DNA of 64,000 nucleotides from IMG/VR virus record IMGVR_UViG_3300033121_000264, positions 1 through 64,000 of that record; one strand, 5' to 3'. The position numbers and the translations under genes were made by a program. The notes beneath the pieces are model-generated. The model worked only from the letters and a program-made list of their open reading frames with translations. It did no database searches and had not been told where the DNA came from. Positions 1 to 9,282 of this stretch are shown here, piece by piece. This stretch comes from a virus. Lineage: Duplodnaviria > Caudoviricetes. Positions within the stretch are counted from its first letter, which is position 1. The number at the start of each line of letters is the position of its first letter.

Positions 1-1734
1 GATGCCGCTTGGGATAATGCTGAACCAGGTGTTCTATTTTGGGATAATATTCTAAGAGAAAGCCCTGCTGATTGTTACGCCGCGTTTGGATTCCGTACCG
101 TATCTACAAATCCGTGTGGCGAATTACCATTATGTATACTAGATTCCTGTCGGCTTTTGGTTCTAAGTTTAATTAAGTTCGTAAAGAATCCATTTACTCG
201 TAAGGCATATTTTGATTATAAGTCATTTTATCGTTTTGCTCAAATTGCCCAAAGACTTATGGACGATATTATTGACCTTGAATTAGAATGTATTGAACGC
301 ATCATCAAGAAGATTAAAGAAGACCCAGAATCAAATGAAGTTAAAGCTAGAGAACTTAACATGTGGCGAGAAGTACATGGTAAGTGCGTAAATGGTAGAC
401 GTACAGGAACAGGTATTACTGCATTAGGTGATACACTTGCTGCTCTTAATGTAGCATATGGTTCAGAAGAAAGTATTAAAATCACAGATAAGATTTATCA
501 AGTCTTAAAGTTTGGGGCTTATCGTTCAAGCGTAGATATGGCTATAGAACTTGGCCCATTCCCAATTTGGGATGACAAGTTAGAAGAAGAAAATCCATTC
601 CTTAATAGAATTGCTGATGAATCTATTGAATTAAATACATCTCCTGATTCGTGGTTTGATACGGTTGAAGGAGAAGAAATCATAGCAGATATGCGTCGTC
701 ATGGTCGCCGTAATATTGCTCTATTAACTACAGCCCCGGTAGGAACTGTATCTAATCTAATTCATCTATATGAAGATATTTTTGGTAGCACATCAGGTAT
801 TGAACCGGCCTATCTATTAGAATATGACCGCTTTAAGAAGATTAATCCAAGTGACACTGGTTCTAGAGTTGACCGTGTTGACGATATGGGAGATAAGTGG
901 CAAAAATTCACAGTCTATCATCCTGGTATTAGAATGTGGCAACGTATTACCGGAAAGACTGATGTAAAAGAAAGTCCTTATTGGGGTTGTTGTGCCCAAG
1001 ACCTTGATTGGCAGCAAAGAGTTAAATTACAAGCCGCTGCCCAACGTCACGTTGACCATTCTATTAGTTCTACGGTTAATCTTCCAAGAGACGTTTCTAA
1101 GGAACAGGTTGATAAGATTTTCAGAACGGCGTGGAAATCAGGTTTGAAAGGAATAACGATTTATAGAGATGGTTGTAGGGACGGAGTTCTAGTAGATAAT
1201 AAAGCTATTGACAAAGCTAGAATTATTCATAATGATGCTCCAAAACGCCCAAAACAATTAAAGTGTGATATATATCATGTAAAATCATTGGGAGTAGAAT
1301 ATTTTGTAATTGTTGGTTTAATTGGTGAACAACCATATGAAATTTTTGCTGGGAAAAATGGACACATTTCAAAAAAGGCTAAAACTGGGACATTGGATAA
1401 ATGTAATAATGGGGAATATACATTAAAATGTAATGAAACAGATGAAATGATTAATTCTGTATCTAAATATATTACTGATGACCAAGAAGCTATTTGTAGA
1501 TTAATCTCTACAGCGTTACGTCATGGAACAGAAGTTAAATTTTTAATATCACAATTAGACAAAACTCATGGTAATTTAACAGGTTTTGCTAAATCTATTG
1601 GTCGAACATTGAAAAAATATGTTAAAAATGGCACCGAGATTAAGGGTAAATGCGAACACTGTGAGAGCAAAGATATGATTTTCCAAGAAGGTTGTCAAAC
1701 TTGTAAAAATTGCGGATTTTCAAAATGTGGTTAG
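1..1734 (+). CDS. nrdJ: Class II (B12-dependent) ribonucleotide reductase, 5'-truncated by the window; C-terminal TSCPD-like domain and Zn ribbon
   Basis: Frame 1 is open from base 1 (DAAWDNAEPG...STNPCGELPL), in frame with the 157 ORF; RRTGTG, TTAPVGTVS, SISSTVNLP, KGITIYRDG motifs; ends EGCQTCKNCGFSKCG. Confidence 0.95.
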   Translation, partial: DAAWDNAEPGVLFWDNILRESPADCYAAFGFRTVSTNPCGELPLCILDSCRLLVLSLIKFVKNPFTRKAYFDYKSFYRFAQIAQRLMDDIIDLELECIERIIKKIKEDPESNEVKARELNMWREVHGKCVNGRRTGTGITALGDTLAALNVAYGSEESIKITDKIYQVLKFGAYRSSVDMAIELGPFPIWDDKLEEENPFLNRIADESIELNTSPDSWFDTVEGEEIIADMRRHGRRNIALLTTAPVGTVSNLIHLYEDIFGSTSGIEPAYLLEYDRFKKINPSDTGSRVDRVDDMGDKWQKFTVYHPGIRMWQRITGKTDVKESPYWGCCAQDLDWQQRVKLQAAAQRHVDHSISSTVNLPRDVSKEQVDKIFRTAWKSGLKGITIYRDGCRDGVLVDNKAIDKARIIHNDAPKRPKQLKCDIYHVKSLGVEYFVIVGLIGEQPYEIFAGKNGHISKKAKTGTLDKCNNGEYTLKCNETDEMINSVSKYITDDQEAICRLISTALRHGTEVKFLISQLDKTHGNLTGFAKSIGRTLKKYVKNGTEIKGKCEHCESKDMIFQEGCQTCKNCGFSKCG

Positions 1735-1746
1735 TGTTTTGTAAAC

Positions 1747-1756
1747 GGTGTATAAT
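1747..1756 (+). promoter_or_regulatory. GGTGTATAAT motif (putative phage promoter), copy 1
   Basis: Identical 10-mer recurs upstream of other endonuclease genes. Confidence 0.75.
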
Positions 1757-1800
1757 ATAATGTGAAGAGATTTTATCACTGTTACATGACGAGGGTTACA

Positions 1801-2526
1801 ATGGGTGGGTTCTGCAACAAGAATGATATTATTGGCAAAAAACTATTTAAATTAACAGTATTATCTATTTCAAAAACAACAGACAAAGATAAACATACGT
1901 TTTATGAATGCCAATGTGAGTGTGGAAAAATAAGAACTATTAGACGTAGTTCTTTGATAGCAGGTACAACAAAAACGTGTGGTAAATGCTTTATTAGTAA
2001 AGACTTATCCGGTCAAAAATTTGGACAATTACAGGTGATTAAATTTTTAAAAAAAGAAAAAGAAAAAGTTTATTGGGAATGTTTATGTGAATGTGGAAAG
2101 ATTAAAGACACATATACTAGTTTATTAATGACTGGTAGAATGACTCACTGTGGATGTAATAAAAAAGAAATGCCTTATGGTTATAGGCATGGCAATTGGC
2201 ATGGTTTTGCAGAAATAAGTCAAAGATATTGGAAAACACTAGAAAAGGGAGCAATTACAAGAAAGTTAGAGTTTAGTATTAATAAAAAAGATACTTGGAA
2301 TCTATTTCTAAAACAGAATAGAAAATGCGCATTAAGCGGAGTTGAATTAATATTTGCAACAAATAAGTTATCTGACCAAACCGCGTCACTTGACCGAATT
2401 GACTCATCTAAAGGTTATACTGAAGATAATGTTCAATGGATTCATAAAGATTTGCAAAGTATGAAAATGAATCAATCTGAAAAAGATTTTATTAAATGGT
2501 GTAAGTTAATTGCTAATCATCGCTAA
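1801..2526 (+). mobile_element. Free-standing HNH homing endonuclease (CxCxCG repeats plus SLDRID...NVQW); start likely ATG 1801 rather than 1762
   Basis: ECQCECG, ECLCECG, SLDRIDSSKGYTEDNVQWIH; GAGG RBS at 1791; paralogs at 19473, 23873, 33198. Confidence 0.85.
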
Positions 2527-2579
2527 AATATAGTGAAGGATGTGCAAGTTGTGCGTGCGGTTACTCTAAGTGTTCATAA
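2523..2579 (+). pseudogene. Orphan duplicate of the NrdJ C-terminus
   Basis: Translates LKYSEGCASCACGYSKCS*, versus MIFQEGCQTCKNCGFSKCG* at the end of nrdJ. Confidence 0.8.
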
Positions 2580-2591
2580 TGAAAGTCAGCA

Positions 2592-3296
2592 ATGAAACAT
2601 CAACCAAAGAAACCTAGAAAATTAAAAACCAATAAACCAATTAACAAACCAGCCCCTGAATTTGTCGCAGAGAAGGGGGCTCCAGGAACAGAAGGTCAAA
2701 AACAATATTTAAGAACAATATGTGAAAACCAAATAACAATATGTATTGGACCAGCAGGAACCGGTAAGGGTTTTATAGCTATGCACTATGCTATTCAACA
2801 TTTATTAGGAGGGCAATGTAATAAAATTATATTAACTAGACCCGTAGTAAGTGGAGGTATGGAAGAACTTGGTGCTCTTCCCGGAGATACAGACAGTAAG
2901 CTAAGCCCATATATTCAAAGTTTATTAGACTCTCTTAAGAAGTTTATTAGCTATACTCAAATTTCAGAAATAAGAAATAGTAAAGCTTTAGAGTTTATAG
3001 CTCTTAGTCATACTAGGGGAAGAACATACGATAATTGTGTAGTTATATTTGATGAAATGCAAAATGCAAACATAGAACAATTAAAAATGGCTTTGACTAG
3101 AATTGGAAAAAACTGTAAATTGATTATTTTAGGAGATATTAAGCAAAGCGACTTAAAACAAAAGGAAAGAGGAGCTTTAGACTTAGTAATTGGAAAATTA
3201 GATGGAGTTGAAGGTATAGGTATAGTAAAATTAACTAATAAGGATATTATGCGTAATGAAATTATAGGGCGTATTTTAGATAGATTGGAAGAGTAA
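2592..3296 (+). CDS. phoH: PhoH-like ATPase
   Basis: GPAGTGK, LTRP, LGALPG, RGRT, DEMQN, LTRIG, GDIKQSDL, DIMRN. Confidence 0.93.
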   Translation: MKHQPKKPRKLKTNKPINKPAPEFVAEKGAPGTEGQKQYLRTICENQITICIGPAGTGKGFIAMHYAIQHLLGGQCNKIILTRPVVSGGMEELGALPGDTDSKLSPYIQSLLDSLKKFISYTQISEIRNSKALEFIALSHTRGRTYDNCVVIFDEMQNANIEQLKMALTRIGKNCKLIILGDIKQSDLKQKERGALDLVIGKLDGVEGIGIVKLTNKDIMRNEIIGRILDRLEE

Positions 3297-3305
3297 ATTT
3301 TTAAT

Positions 3306-3315
3306 GGTGTATAAT
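3306..3315 (+). promoter_or_regulatory. GGTGTATAAT motif, copy 2
   Basis: 31 nt upstream of ATG 3347; AGGAG RBS in between. Confidence 0.8.
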
Positions 3316-3346
3316 CTATGTGGAGACTACCATAAGGAGATAAAAA

Positions 3347-4396
3347 ATGCACAAAATTATACTACCAAACGAAAACCTATTATGTTGCAAAACCGGTTTT
3401 ATCAATACTAGAGATATTAAAATAGGAGACGGTGTTTTAAATCATGATGGTTTAGCTGATACTGTCATCAATTGTAATAGTTATGAATCAGACATATATA
3501 AAATCAGTTTTACAGACGATACAAAAATTTTAATCAGTCAAGATTCTAAAATTGGATTAATGTCAATGTATGAAAAAAAATACAAAAAAAACTTTAAAAA
3601 CAGAGATATCAGAACAATAAAAGAAAAATACAAAACCGGGGAAGAGAAGTGTATCTTTAGAATTAAGATGTGCAATCCAATAAATTTTGATAATGTTTCT
3701 CAAAAAATTAGTACATATATTACGGGATGTTTAATAGGAGATGGTAATATTTCTTCTCAAACATGTATTGATATATCTAATAAAGACGATGATGTTTTAG
3801 CTAAAATTAAAAAACACTTACCAGATGATTTAATATTAATATACGCAAATCAATACAATTATCGCTTTAGAGGTAAAATAAAATGTAAAAATATAATGTA
3901 TGATATTTATCGAGAATACGATTTATTAGACAAAAAATCATATAATAAATTTATACCAAAAATACTACAAAAGGCGACACTAGAAGAAAGAATTGAATTG
4001 TTATATGGTCTGATAGATACAGATGGATGTATAGCTAAAAGACAAAATGGCGATGGAAGAGTCATTTATTCGACAATTTCTCAAAATTTAGCAGAAGACG
4101 TAGTATTGTTAGTGCAATCATTAGGTGGAACAGCAACTATAAGTAAAAGAACTTTTACAGAAAAAGATAATCATTATTATAAGGGGCATCTCATTAAACA
4201 TAATTATCCGCTATATACAATAAATATTTCTATTAATATAAACCCCGCATCATGCCAAAGAAAAAAAAACAATTATACAACACAAAACCCAAAAAGACTA
4301 ATCAAAAATATTGAATACGTAAAACGCTCACAATGTACGGAGATAACTTTAATGAATAAACAAGAATGTATTACTAATAATTACGTGTGTATATAA
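3347..4396 (+). mobile_element. Free-standing LAGLIDADG endonuclease with degenerate intein (Hint) flanks
   Basis: YITGCLIGDG and LLYGLIDTDG motifs; DIKIGD block near the N-terminus; C-terminus IKNIEYV...ITNNYVCI lacks terminal HN. Confidence 0.85.
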
Positions 4397-4809
4397 TGCC
4401 AACATATCATTATAAATGCGATAATTGTGCTGATGAGTTTGAAATAATTCAATCTTTTCAGGATAAGTCACTAAAAAAATGTAAAAAATGTAAAAAACAT
4501 AAACTAAATAAGGTATTATATGTTCCTTATGTGTCTATTACATTAGGAATACATGAAATTAAAAGTTTAGACCATTTAGGCCGTAATAATTTTGACAGGG
4601 ACGAAAAAGCTGGTATTATAAAGGAAAGTGAGCAGAAAAAAGCCGAAAGGGAAGCTGAATTAGATAAGAAAAACCCATTACCAAATGGTATGAAACGGGT
4701 TAAGACGAAGAAAGTGTCTCCTTGGTGGCGTGATGGTAAAGTCGACCAATCGTTGGGCGATATGAGTGATAAAAAACGAGAAGAATACATTATGACGGGG
4801 AACAAATGA
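4396..4809 (+). CDS. FmdB-family Zn-ribbon protein
   Basis: MPTYHYKCDNC...FEIIQSF...CKKCKK. Confidence 0.75.
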   Translation: MPTYHYKCDNCADEFEIIQSFQDKSLKKCKKCKKHKLNKVLYVPYVSITLGIHEIKSLDHLGRNNFDRDEKAGIIKESEQKKAEREAELDKKNPLPNGMKRVKTKKVSPWWRDGKVDQSLGDMSDKKREEYIMTGNK

Positions 4810-5141
4810 ACGAATTAGAAAAAGCACGTTATGATGAAGCTATGTCAGAAATACCAACTTTTGATGAATCTTTAATAAAACCTATTAATTGTTCTAACTG
4901 TAATAGGCGTTTACTGGATATAATAAGAAATGAGCAGATTGTATCTGCCAAAAGGACACTAATGACAGTGAAGTGTCCATTCTGTAATGATTCAAGTTTC
5001 AAGCATACCATAGATGGTGAATTCTGGATTGGGGACTTAGATAATGTTGCCCACACAGATATTGACTTTGAAGACACTGAATTAGACTCAGCAGGAAAGA
5101 TTAAAAATTGCACGGTCACAGTTCAAACGAGAAAGGTTTAG
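4806..5141 (+). CDS. Hypothetical Zn-finger protein
   Basis: CSNC...CPFC; ATGA overlap with the previous gene. Confidence 0.6.
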   Translation: MNELEKARYDEAMSEIPTFDESLIKPINCSNCNRRLLDIIRNEQIVSAKRTLMTVKCPFCNDSSFKHTIDGEFWIGDLDNVAHTDIDFEDTELDSAGKIKNCTVTVQTRKV

Positions 5142-5471
5142 ATGGTACATATTCATAGACCGAAACAGAACGTTAGAGAAGCCCTACCTGAACCAGTTAA
5201 GACTCAAAGTAAGTTTTATGGCATTCGAGGATTAGAGGCAGATACAGTAGGACCAGATGTATATGCTCATTCAGAAGATATTGGAAATGCATATATTTAT
5301 AGAGCTTTAGCATATCGTAATAGATTATACAATCCATACAATGATTTAAAAGTTCGTGATTTTGAATGGAAGCCAATTGCTAAGCATGTATTTGATAACT
5401 ATTTACAATTCTTAAAAACTCAAAGAGAAGCATATCTAAACGAAGCAGAAAGAGAGTACGCTAATGGCTAA
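5142..5471 (+). CDS. Hypothetical protein
   Basis: ORF in operon packing. Confidence 0.6.
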   Translation: MVHIHRPKQNVREALPEPVKTQSKFYGIRGLEADTVGPDVYAHSEDIGNAYIYRALAYRNRLYNPYNDLKVRDFEWKPIAKHVFDNYLQFLKTQREAYLNEAEREYANG

Positions 5472-5823
5472 GAGAAAATTAACAGAAGTACAAACGGTTT
5501 ATATTGATACTAAACGTGGACAATTAAACGCATCAGAACTATCTAAGATTCTCGGCTTTACTGAAAAAGCCATTCAAGAATATATGGATGCTAATCCTGT
5601 AGTTGTAGAAAATAAACCAGCTCAACCAGCAACGGCTGAAATTAAACAGGAAGAAGACCCTAATGTAATTAAACCGAACTTTATCAATACTACTGGTAAT
5701 GGTAAGTCTGGTGTTGCAATTTGTACTCCACAAGCATCAGAAGTTGGAGATTTTGTTCGTCAGAATCGTAAGAAGGCACCAAATACGAAATTTAACGGTT
5801 GTACTACTAAAATTAAAAAATAA
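5464..5823 (+). CDS. Hypothetical protein, N-terminal HTH-like
   Basis: NASELSKILGFTEKAIQEY. Confidence 0.55.
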   Translation: MAKRKLTEVQTVYIDTKRGQLNASELSKILGFTEKAIQEYMDANPVVVENKPAQPATAEIKQEEDPNVIKPNFINTTGNGKSGVAICTPQASEVGDFVRQNRKKAPNTKFNGCTTKIKK

Positions 5824-5832
5824 AGGGCTTTT

Positions 5833-6273
5833 GTGTTAATATCTAAACTTAGCGGTCACGAAGTTAAACCCGCTCAGTATTTGACTGAATTGATGTGTGA
5901 GCGGAAAGCAAATAAGGAAAGACGTAAGATTGAAGCCGGATTTTGGCACGATGATTATTGGAAACAATTTTACGTTCAGCAAATACAGGCAGCAAATAGT
6001 CTACTAAAACTTTACCCGGTTGAAATTATAGTAGAAGCTGTCAAGGACAAAAGGGCATCTTGGATGTACAGTCTAAGGTCGCCCCAATTAAAACCAATTC
6101 TTGCCGATTATCAGAAGCGTTCTGAAAACAAGGCTAAAATAGAAAAAGAGAAGAAGCTACAATCTCAAACGGCCAAACCTGTCGAATCTCTAGAAGTTCA
6201 AAAAACTCAAGAACTTCGGCCATCAGTAGCTCCAAAGAAAAATAATGTCATATCTAAATTGAAAGGGTTGTAA
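5833..6273 (+). CDS. Hypothetical protein
   Basis: ORF coupled to recA by TAATG. Confidence 0.6.
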   Translation: MLISKLSGHEVKPAQYLTELMCERKANKERRKIEAGFWHDDYWKQFYVQQIQAANSLLKLYPVEIIVEAVKDKRASWMYSLRSPQLKPILADYQKRSENKAKIEKEKKLQSQTAKPVESLEVQKTQELRPSVAPKKNNVISKLKGL

Positions 6274-7283
6274 TGAGCGATATTTTGAAAGAGTTAGAAA
6301 AAGCTTATGGTAAGGGTATTTTTAAAAGTGCTAGCACAATTTTAGACAGAAAAAGAAACATTATACCACTTACTCCTAGATTAAATTTGGCTACAGGTGG
6401 AGGATTACCAGAAGGTTCATTAGCTATTTTTTCAGGTCCGGAAAAGTTTGGTAAAACAACACTAGCATTACATGCTATTAAAAAGTCTCAGCAGTTATTT
6501 AAGAAAAAGGCTTTCTATATTGACGTTGAAAGACGTATTAAGCCAATGAATCTAAATGGTATTGAAGGACTAGATACAGACCCGGAAAATCTAACTATTA
6601 TTAGTTCAGAAAAGGGAAAACTATTAACAGCAGAAGAAACGCTTACTATTGCAGAAAAACTTATTAAGAGTGAGCCTGGTTCTATTATTGTACTAGACTC
6701 CTCATCGGCTTTATGCTCTGAATCAGAAATGGTAAATGACCTTACTGGTCAAACTCGTAGCTTAGGCCCAAAACTATTCGCGGCATTTTGTCGTCGTTGT
6801 GGAAATGCTATTGCTGTTAATGATACTGTATTTATTGTTATTCAACACTTGATTAATGATACTTCTGGTCGTGGCGGTGGTAAGATGGAAGATGGTGGAG
6901 TTAAAGTACAATATCAACAAGATGTTAAATTACGTGGAGCATGGAAAGAAGCATGGAAAGTTGGAACAGGAGAAAATGAAAAAGTTATCGGCCAATTATT
7001 ACATTGGAAGATGTTAACTGGTGCTTTAGAAGGGAATACTCCTGGGGCACAAGTAGACACATATCTTCGTTATGGATATGGTATGGATGAATTGATGGAA
7101 TATGTAGAATTAGCATCAGAACTTAATATTGTTGAGAAAAAGGGTTCTTGGTTTACAATTAATAAAGGTCAAACTGACGAAGCTAAATTTCAAGGTGAAG
7201 AAAAACTTTATCAAGCAATTAAGTCTGATAAAGTATTACAAGATAAGATGATTGGTCAAATTAAAGAAATGACTGGGATGTAA
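6273..7283 (+). CDS. recA: RecA/UvsX recombinase
   Basis: GGGLPEG, GPEKFGKTT, YIDVE, IVLDS, IVEKKGSWF. Confidence 0.92.
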   Translation: MSDILKELEKAYGKGIFKSASTILDRKRNIIPLTPRLNLATGGGLPEGSLAIFSGPEKFGKTTLALHAIKKSQQLFKKKAFYIDVERRIKPMNLNGIEGLDTDPENLTIISSEKGKLLTAEETLTIAEKLIKSEPGSIIVLDSSSALCSESEMVNDLTGQTRSLGPKLFAAFCRRCGNAIAVNDTVFIVIQHLINDTSGRGGGKMEDGGVKVQYQQDVKLRGAWKEAWKVGTGENEKVIGQLLHWKMLTGALEGNTPGAQVDTYLRYGYGMDELMEYVELASELNIVEKKGSWFTINKGQTDEAKFQGEEKLYQAIKSDKVLQDKMIGQIKEMTGM

Positions 7284-7284
7284 T

Positions 7285-7560
7285 ATGAGCCACATTCAAG
7301 AAGATACAAAATATAATATGAAAAAATATCATATTAATCATTGGGGTATAACAGGTAATTTTGAACAAGTTGTACAAAAAGGTCATGTATTTATTGGCGG
7401 CGATAATTTTAGAGATTATGGCCTAATATATTTAAATATAAATGAAGATTCAAATCATAAAAATATAGAGGATGCGCAAACATTGCTATGTCATTCTACT
7501 CATCATAGATATTCAGATTCACAATTTGATTATATTAATAATCCAGTACATATACAATGA
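7285..7560 (+). CDS. Small His-rich hypothetical protein
   Basis: ORF only. Confidence 0.5.
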   Translation: MSHIQEDTKYNMKKYHINHWGITGNFEQVVQKGHVFIGGDNFRDYGLIYLNINEDSNHKNIEDAQTLLCHSTHHRYSDSQFDYINNPVHIQ

Positions 7561-7787
7561 ATGCATATACAATTCATCTACAAGGATTTCAGATATCATA
7601 TGATGGTCATGAAATGACTTGTGAAGAACATATTTATGGTAGTGTTGATATTTTAGATAGAAAAAACAATTATCATATCTCAAGAGATAGAATGTTATTA
7701 CCAGGAAATATTATTGGTGACCATTATAGTCATATAGATAGATTAACAAGATGGGAGCATATGAACTTTGAAAGTGAAAGACACTAA
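7557..7787 (+). CDS. Small His-rich hypothetical protein
   Basis: ORF only; ATGA overlap. Confidence 0.5.
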   Translation: MNAYTIHLQGFQISYDGHEMTCEEHIYGSVDILDRKNNYHISRDRMLLPGNIIGDHYSHIDRLTRWEHMNFESERH

Positions 7788-8181
7788 AGGTAAAACTCAT
7801 CCTTGGAATTTAGCTGGTACTATTCCAGATGTAAATTCATCTAGGCCGCGTTCTGACCTACATTTAAAAGCTAGACAACTACTAAGAGAGTTGTATCCTA
7901 CAGACCAAATCTGTGAAGAAGTTCCTCTGCCTGGGGAAAAACTTTTTGGAGATTTCTACTTGCCTTTGCGAAAATTTATGGTAGAAGTACATGGTCAGCA
8001 ACATTTCAAGTTTGTATCTCATTTTCACGGTTCAATTCAAGAAGGAGGAATGAAAGAATTTCTTGCCTCTAAAGAAAGAGATAGACGTAAAGCTGATTGG
8101 TGTGAGATAAATAATATTAAATTGGTAATACTCCCATACGATAAGGAAACAGAATGGAAAACACTAATAGTCAATCGTTAG
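7768..8181 (+). CDS. DUF559/Vsr-like endonuclease
   Basis: GDFYLP...VEVHGQQH...RDRRKADWCEINNIKLV. Confidence 0.75.
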   Translation: MKVKDTKGKTHPWNLAGTIPDVNSSRPRSDLHLKARQLLRELYPTDQICEEVPLPGEKLFGDFYLPLRKFMVEVHGQQHFKFVSHFHGSIQEGGMKEFLASKERDRRKADWCEINNIKLVILPYDKETEWKTLIVNR

Positions 8182-8654
8182 AAGATAAGATTAAGAAGGT
8201 TGAAGGATTTCTTCAAAAGTATGCAGAAGAACGTTGTATCTTTGAGAATAAAAAACTTAACGTTGAAGAAATTCATGGTTATATGCAAATGGATAGACAA
8301 GAATTAAGAGCCTTGTCTGCTGATGATTGTGGAGAGATTGCATATTTATTAGGTCAATTAGCATTAGAGATTCAAAGAGAAGTTAATAAACAGACAGCTA
8401 TTGAACAATGGTTAGAAGCTCAAATAAATAAGACTGTTGCAGATTTAGTAACTAATTATAAAATTTTTAGTTATGAAGGACAGAAACACGCAGCTATTAA
8501 AGATAATGAATATGCTCGTAAATGTCAAGATACTAAAATGAATGCTATAGTGAGGATTAAACAATTAAATTATATGTCTCAAGAAATTAAGAATCTAAGT
8601 GGAATCTTAATGGATATTCGACAAACAAAGATGAGGTATAAAGATAATGCCTAA
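8154..8654 (+). CDS. Helical hypothetical protein, possibly a UvsY-like mediator
   Basis: Coiled-coil character; lies between recA and dnaB; function is a guess. Confidence 0.4.
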   Translation: MENTNSQSLEDKIKKVEGFLQKYAEERCIFENKKLNVEEIHGYMQMDRQELRALSADDCGEIAYLLGQLALEIQREVNKQTAIEQWLEAQINKTVADLVTNYKIFSYEGQKHAAIKDNEYARKCQDTKMNAIVRIKQLNYMSQEIKNLSGILMDIRQTKMRYKDNA

Positions 8655-9282
8655 AGAGATAAAAAGTTTTCAACAACAATTACAAGATGCTTTGGATGCT
8701 GGTAATCTAGAAGCTGCTAAATTAGTAGTAGAAGCTATGAAAATAGCTAATAAACCAGTTAAAAAACCCCGAAAGAAAAAAGCGGTTGCAAAAAAACCAA
8801 AAACTGCTAAAAAGGAAGTCCAACCTAAACAAGTCGAATCAGAACCAAAAAAGGAATTAATTATTCCAACTCAAGAAGAAATTGTAGACCTTACATCTTA
8901 TGATGACGAGGACGACGATGATGTTGAGGATATGACTGGTGAAGATAGACCAAAACAAAGACGTAAGGGAACTAAGCCTGGTGAAAACTTGTGTAGAATT
9001 GAACCAATGAATCTTCGTGGTAGGAAGATGGAGTTCTTTAATGGTAATAAAAGAGATGGGGATGCACTAGAAGATAGCACTAAAGCTAATCCAACACTAG
9101 CTAAGATGTATGCTAGAGCAGACGCCATTAGACCAGAAAAAGAAAAACGAAAGGCTGTAAAAGCTAGAGTTAAATGTTATGCTTGTGGTAAAATTGAAGT
9201 TATTCCTATAGATTTAGCTCCAAACGTTGCCAAGGGTGAAGGTTATAAATGTAATGATTGTGTCACAGGTCAGGGGGAATAA
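8647..9282 (+). CDS. Hypothetical protein with basic and acidic tracts and a C-terminal Zn ribbon
   Basis: CYAC...CNDC. Confidence 0.55.
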   Translation: MPKEIKSFQQQLQDALDAGNLEAAKLVVEAMKIANKPVKKPRKKKAVAKKPKTAKKEVQPKQVESEPKKELIIPTQEEIVDLTSYDDEDDDDVEDMTGEDRPKQRRKGTKPGENLCRIEPMNLRGRKMEFFNGNKRDGDALEDSTKANPTLAKMYARADAIRPEKEKRKAVKARVKCYACGKIEVIPIDLAPNVAKGEGYKCNDCVTGQGE

